Position numbers and translations under genes: made by a program
Shown here: positions 60,313-64,000 of the stretch, piece by piece
How the letters are laid out: every line of letters starts with the position of its first letter
Numbering within the stretch: position 1 is the stretch's first letter
Notes under the pieces: generated by a model
Seen by the model: the letters and a program-made list of their open reading frames with translations, nothing else
Databases searched by the model: none
Told to the model about the DNA's origin: nothing
Assembly (NCBI GenBank): GCA_965240325.2
Contig: OZ251231.1
Coordinates: 1,984,001 to 2,048,000 of the forward strand
From: Rebecca billardiae RCC1528
Taxonomy: Eukaryota; Protista; Haptophyta
Direction: 5' to 3'
Length of the DNA: 64,000 nt

Positions 60313-62339
60313 TCATGCGGTTCCGGCGAACTCGGCGTGGAAGCCGCTGGGCGCGTACCAGCTCGGCAACGCGCGAGCGGAGAGCAGCAGCACGTCGCGC
60401 GCGCCCGGCATGAGCGCCTCGACAGCGCCGTCGCACCGCAGGCTCGCGTCGACGCCGAGTCGCTCGCCACTGGGCGCGGTCACCTGCGTCTGCACGCGCA
60501 CGGCGGCATGCGTGCCCGTGCGGTCCAGCTGCATCAGCACGCCCTTGAGCAGCGCGCGCTCGCTCTCCACCACCTGCGGCGCGCGCGCCCGCGCGTGGGG
60601 GCGGGCGTCGCATCAGCCCGCGCTGACGGCGGGAGCGCGGGGCGCAGGGCGGCGGGCAGCGGGGCGCGCCCGTCCGGCGGCGCGCGCGGGGACGGCGGGT
60701 GGCAGCACGCGCGCACGCGCGCACGCACCAGCTGGAGGTAGTCCTTCCCCTTCACCTCGGCCGCCGAGAAGCCGTGCACCGAGGACGTGAGCACGTCGAT
60801 CACGTGCAGCTCTGCGGTGCGCAGGTCGAGCGGCACGCTCGGCTCGTGCGCCTGCGCGCCAGGCTGGCGCCACGCGAGCAGCGCGACGGTCTCGGCGATC
60901 GCGTCGACGACGATGCGCATGTGCCCGAGGTCGGTCTCGCCGGCGGCGGTAGGCTGGGGCGCGCTGAGCGCGCGCGCGCCGAGCGGGCCGGCCAGGCCCA
61001 GACTCAACGCGCCGCCGAGCGCGATCGCACGCGCGGCGGCGCCGCCCCTCGCTGCGCCGCACGCGCCGCCGACAGGACCGCCGCTGCCACCGCCGCCGCC
61101 GCCGCCGCCCGCGCTCGGCACGGGGCCGGCGGCGGCGAGCATACCCGTGGCTTCCCTCCCGCCGTCCGCAACCCCCGCACCGGCAGCACCCGCGGCCCAC
61201 GGGCCGAGCCGCTGCTGCAGCGAGCCCAGCGCTGTCGACTCTGCGCCCGCGAGCGCGCCGCCCGGCCGAGGCGCGTCCGTGCTCGCGGCCGTCGACGGCG
61301 TGCTCTCTGTGAGCTGGCGCTTGCGCGCGTCCACGTGGATCGGGCTCGAGTGCCAGCACGCGAGCAGCCGCTTCTGCCCGTCGGGCCCCTCGGCGCGGTG
61401 CGTCACGCCGATCAGCAGGTGGAACGACGCGCCCTTGTTGTTGAAGGACGTCGACTTGAAGAAGAGCGACGAGAAGGAGCAGACGCCGCCCACGTACGGC
61501 ACGCTCTGCTTGCCCGTCAGGCCGACCTCGTCCATGCGCTCCTGCTCCTCGTTGAAGAGCACGGCGGTGACGTGGATGGACAGCCCCGTCAGCCCCGTCA
61601 GCACGCGCCCGCCCGAGAGCAGCTCCACCGACAGCCGCGGCAGCGTCCACTTCTTGTGCCACGTCCACTGCCGTCGCTTCTCCGAGTAGAGCAGCGGCTT
61701 GTCTGTGGTCACGCGCACCGAGAGCGGGCCGAGCTCGCCGTCGTCGGTGGGCGCGGGGCCCTCGGGCGCAAAGGAGCAGTGTAGCCGCGCGGTGCAACGC
61801 TCCCATCGGAACGGCACCTTGTCCACTAGGTCGAGCGTGAAGAGCGGCGGCGTGGCGTCCGCCACAGGCGCGTGAGCAGGCAGCGCGTGCGCGAGCATCG
61901 GCTGCGGCATGGTGGCGTGCGGTGGCGGGCGGGCGACGCCGCCAAGCGCAGCGCCTGCCGTGTGCATCGACGCAGGGCCGTCGGCGTGCGCGCGCGAAGC
62001 ACCCTGGCCGAGGAACCCGCTGCCAACTGAGCCCGTACCCATCGCGGCCGCTGATGCCGCGTCCGGATGCGGCGGGTGCGACGGGCCAGCAGCGTGCGAT
62101 GCGCTCAGATCCAGCCAGAACTGGTCATCAGAAGAGAGCTCGCCGATGATCGCGCCCAGGTCAATACCAGGGAACGGTGACGTCGTCGGCTTCGCCGCCG
62201 CGTCTGCCGCGCGATGGCGCGACTCGCCCGCGTGCATCGCGTGCGTCTCGTTCATCGGCACCCTATCGGCAACGGAGCTCCGGACTGGCGGAGCAAGCAC
62301 TATATGGATCTGTAGATTCTGGGATCCATCGGATCCCAT
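60313..62339 (-). CDS. Putative transcription factor: CudA/p53-like beta-sandwich domain plus C-terminal PAS-like domain; exons 62339-60729 and 60573-60313 (start may be 62255)
   Basis: FSSLFFKSTSFNNKGASFHLLI...SSPIHVDARKR. PAS-like VHGFSAAEVKGKDYLQL|VVESER...TAPSGERL. Confidence 0.6.
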
Positions 62340-63016
62340 TGGTCAATCAAGCAGGGCTTGGAGCACGTTGGTTCTCCGCTCCGGCTGGTTCCGACGCCGG
62401 AGCGATGACGGTCGTCACGCTCGGGATGCACGGCATCTCGCGCAGACCACAGGCACGGTGGCGGTCGAATTCTGCGATCAAAGAGTCCACACAATCGCGC
62501 AAAGGGTACGCTGGAGCGCGAGGCTGCTTGTCACCCAGTGCCGTCGCGACTGACTCTCGGCCCGCTTAGACACTAGACAGCCATCACTGAAGCCAAAGGT
62601 TGCAACCGATCGGCCCGGGCAACGGCGGGCTCGCGAGGAGCAGATGAGCAGAGCGCCGCTATCAAAGGCTGGGCCGATGCGCTTTCCCGTGATGATCAGC
62701 CAGGACCCGGGCGCGAGTGGGGTTGCCGATTACTTACATCTTGGCGGTCAGCAGGCACTGGCAGTTGCCTGCAAACTAATCTATCAGCCTGCCGAGGCCC
62801 AGGCCAGCTGGTAGCAGTGTAACAGACCGAGTCGGCCTCGGCACTAAGTGCGCCCATAGCACTCACCTCGTCCGGCCACGGATCGCATCACTGCTACAAT
62901 CACTCCTGTGACACGGACCGGACAGCTCATCAGCTCTTGGACGGTTTCACTCAGGTCTACCGCCAAAAATTCGGCGTCTCAGCACCGCAACGATGGCCGT
63001 CTGATCAGCCCAAGCC

Positions 63017-64000
63017 ATGGACCTCGCCTCGCTCACGGCGTATCCTGAGCGGGCGAGCAGGCTCGGGGACGACGATCTCGCTCAGGCTGAGCAGCTGCTT
63101 CGCGCGCGTGTGCAGGCCTACGAGAGTCAGTTCCGGCAGCAGAACCGCAGGCCGCCGCGAGCTGATGAGCTCGCGCCGGTAATGGGCGACATGCGCGCGC
63201 TGGTGGCCGTGCGCAAGGAGCGCAAGGAGCGCGGTCGCCTCGTCGGCTCGCCGTCGTCGGCTTCGCTCAACGGCCCCGCTACGAGTGCCTCCACCCCAGC
63301 CGGCGGCGTCGGTGGCCGCTCCGCCGCGGCGGTCACAGCCGGTACCGATGCAGCGGCTCTGCCCTCACCTCCCATCCACGTGGGCGACATCGAGCCGTCG
63401 CTCTACGACGTGACCTCGCAGTGGCTGTACAGCCTGTACGAGAGCAGCCCGTTCGGCCCGAGCAAGAAGGGTGCGCAGGGCTCGGGGCACGCCCACAACG
63501 GCGTCGCTGGCCCCGGGGTGATCGTGCCGGCAGACCCTGGGCCCGGACCGGGCGCGGGCGCGGGCGTGGATGCCGCGCCGGCCGCTCAGCTGTGGCGATC
63601 GGACGGGGCCGAGGACCCCATCGGCGCTGCGACGCGCAGCCCTCGGGAGAGTGGGGAGCGGCTCGCGCCTTCGCCCGCCGGCGGCCCCGTCGACGCCGCC
63701 AGCGCGAGCGGCGCGAGGCGCGAGCCCTCGGAGGGCCGCGGTGCGCGGTACAGCGAGCACCCGCAGGTGCAGGAGATGATGGCGACGCTCAAGCTGCAGT
63801 CGGCGTTCCGAGGGCACGCGGTGCGGCGGCTGGTCATGTCGGGCTCGCCGCCCGGCGCGCCGGGCGCCGACTCGGTGCAGCCCAGCGCGCGCTCCTCCGA
63901 CCGGCTGAGCCAGCTCTCCGAGCGGCGCAACCAGGCGATCGCGCAGATCAAGGTGCCGATGGAGCTGGTGGTCGACCGCACCGACTGCCTCGCCGCGCTC
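63017..64000 (+). CDS. IQ-motif protein, 5' part (runs off the window)
   Basis: Open frame from ATG 63017. It contains LKLQSAFRGHAVRR (IQ motif) and an N-terminal YESQF...RRPP helical motif. Confidence 0.7.
   Translation, partial: MDLASLTAYPERASRLGDDDLAQAEQLLRARVQAYESQFRQQNRRPPRADELAPVMGDMRALVAVRKERKERGRLVGSPSSASLNGPATSASTPAGGVGGRSAAAVTAGTDAAALPSPPIHVGDIEPSLYDVTSQWLYSLYESSPFGPSKKGAQGSGHAHNGVAGPGVIVPADPGPGPGAGAGVDAAPAAQLWRSDGAEDPIGAATRSPRESGERLAPSPAGGPVDAASASGARREPSEGRGARYSEHPQVQEMMATLKLQSAFRGHAVRRLVMSGSPPGAPGADSVQPSARSSDRLSQLSERRNQAIAQIKVPMELVVDRTDCLAAL

Overview
This is eukaryotic, very GC-rich genomic DNA. Short GT-AG introns (mostly GTGCG donors) and the gene content suggest a microalga, possibly a haptophyte; that is an inference. 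About 1-22 kb is a nest of mobile elements: a triplicated 1198-bp unit carrying an ~800-bp TA-flanked foldback element, a head-to-tail run of Helitron-like elements with nested TIR elements, and a 6.3-kb hAT-like element with an 8-bp TSD. About 22.6-64 kb is gene-dense, with five divergent gene pairs and a few more TE insertions. Genes include a filamin-repeat protein, a sulfotransferase, an alpha-carbonic anhydrase, TruA, a C2H2 zinc-finger protein, a Na+/solute symporter, a SET methyltransferase, a Pro-rich membrane protein, an inositol dehydrogenase-like enzyme, a DAD-like cupin, a class I aminotransferase, a WD40 plus TRP-like channel, a putative beta-sandwich plus PAS regulator and an IQ protein. 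The most striking signal is two related families (X and Y, 6 copies) of apparently rolling-circle elements. They have non-canonical 5'-TGG...hairpin-CA-3' ends, asymmetric inverted repeats, a shared 3' spacer motif, TA|TA targets without TSD, and decayed Rep/Pif1 remnants. All calls are by eye, without database searches.
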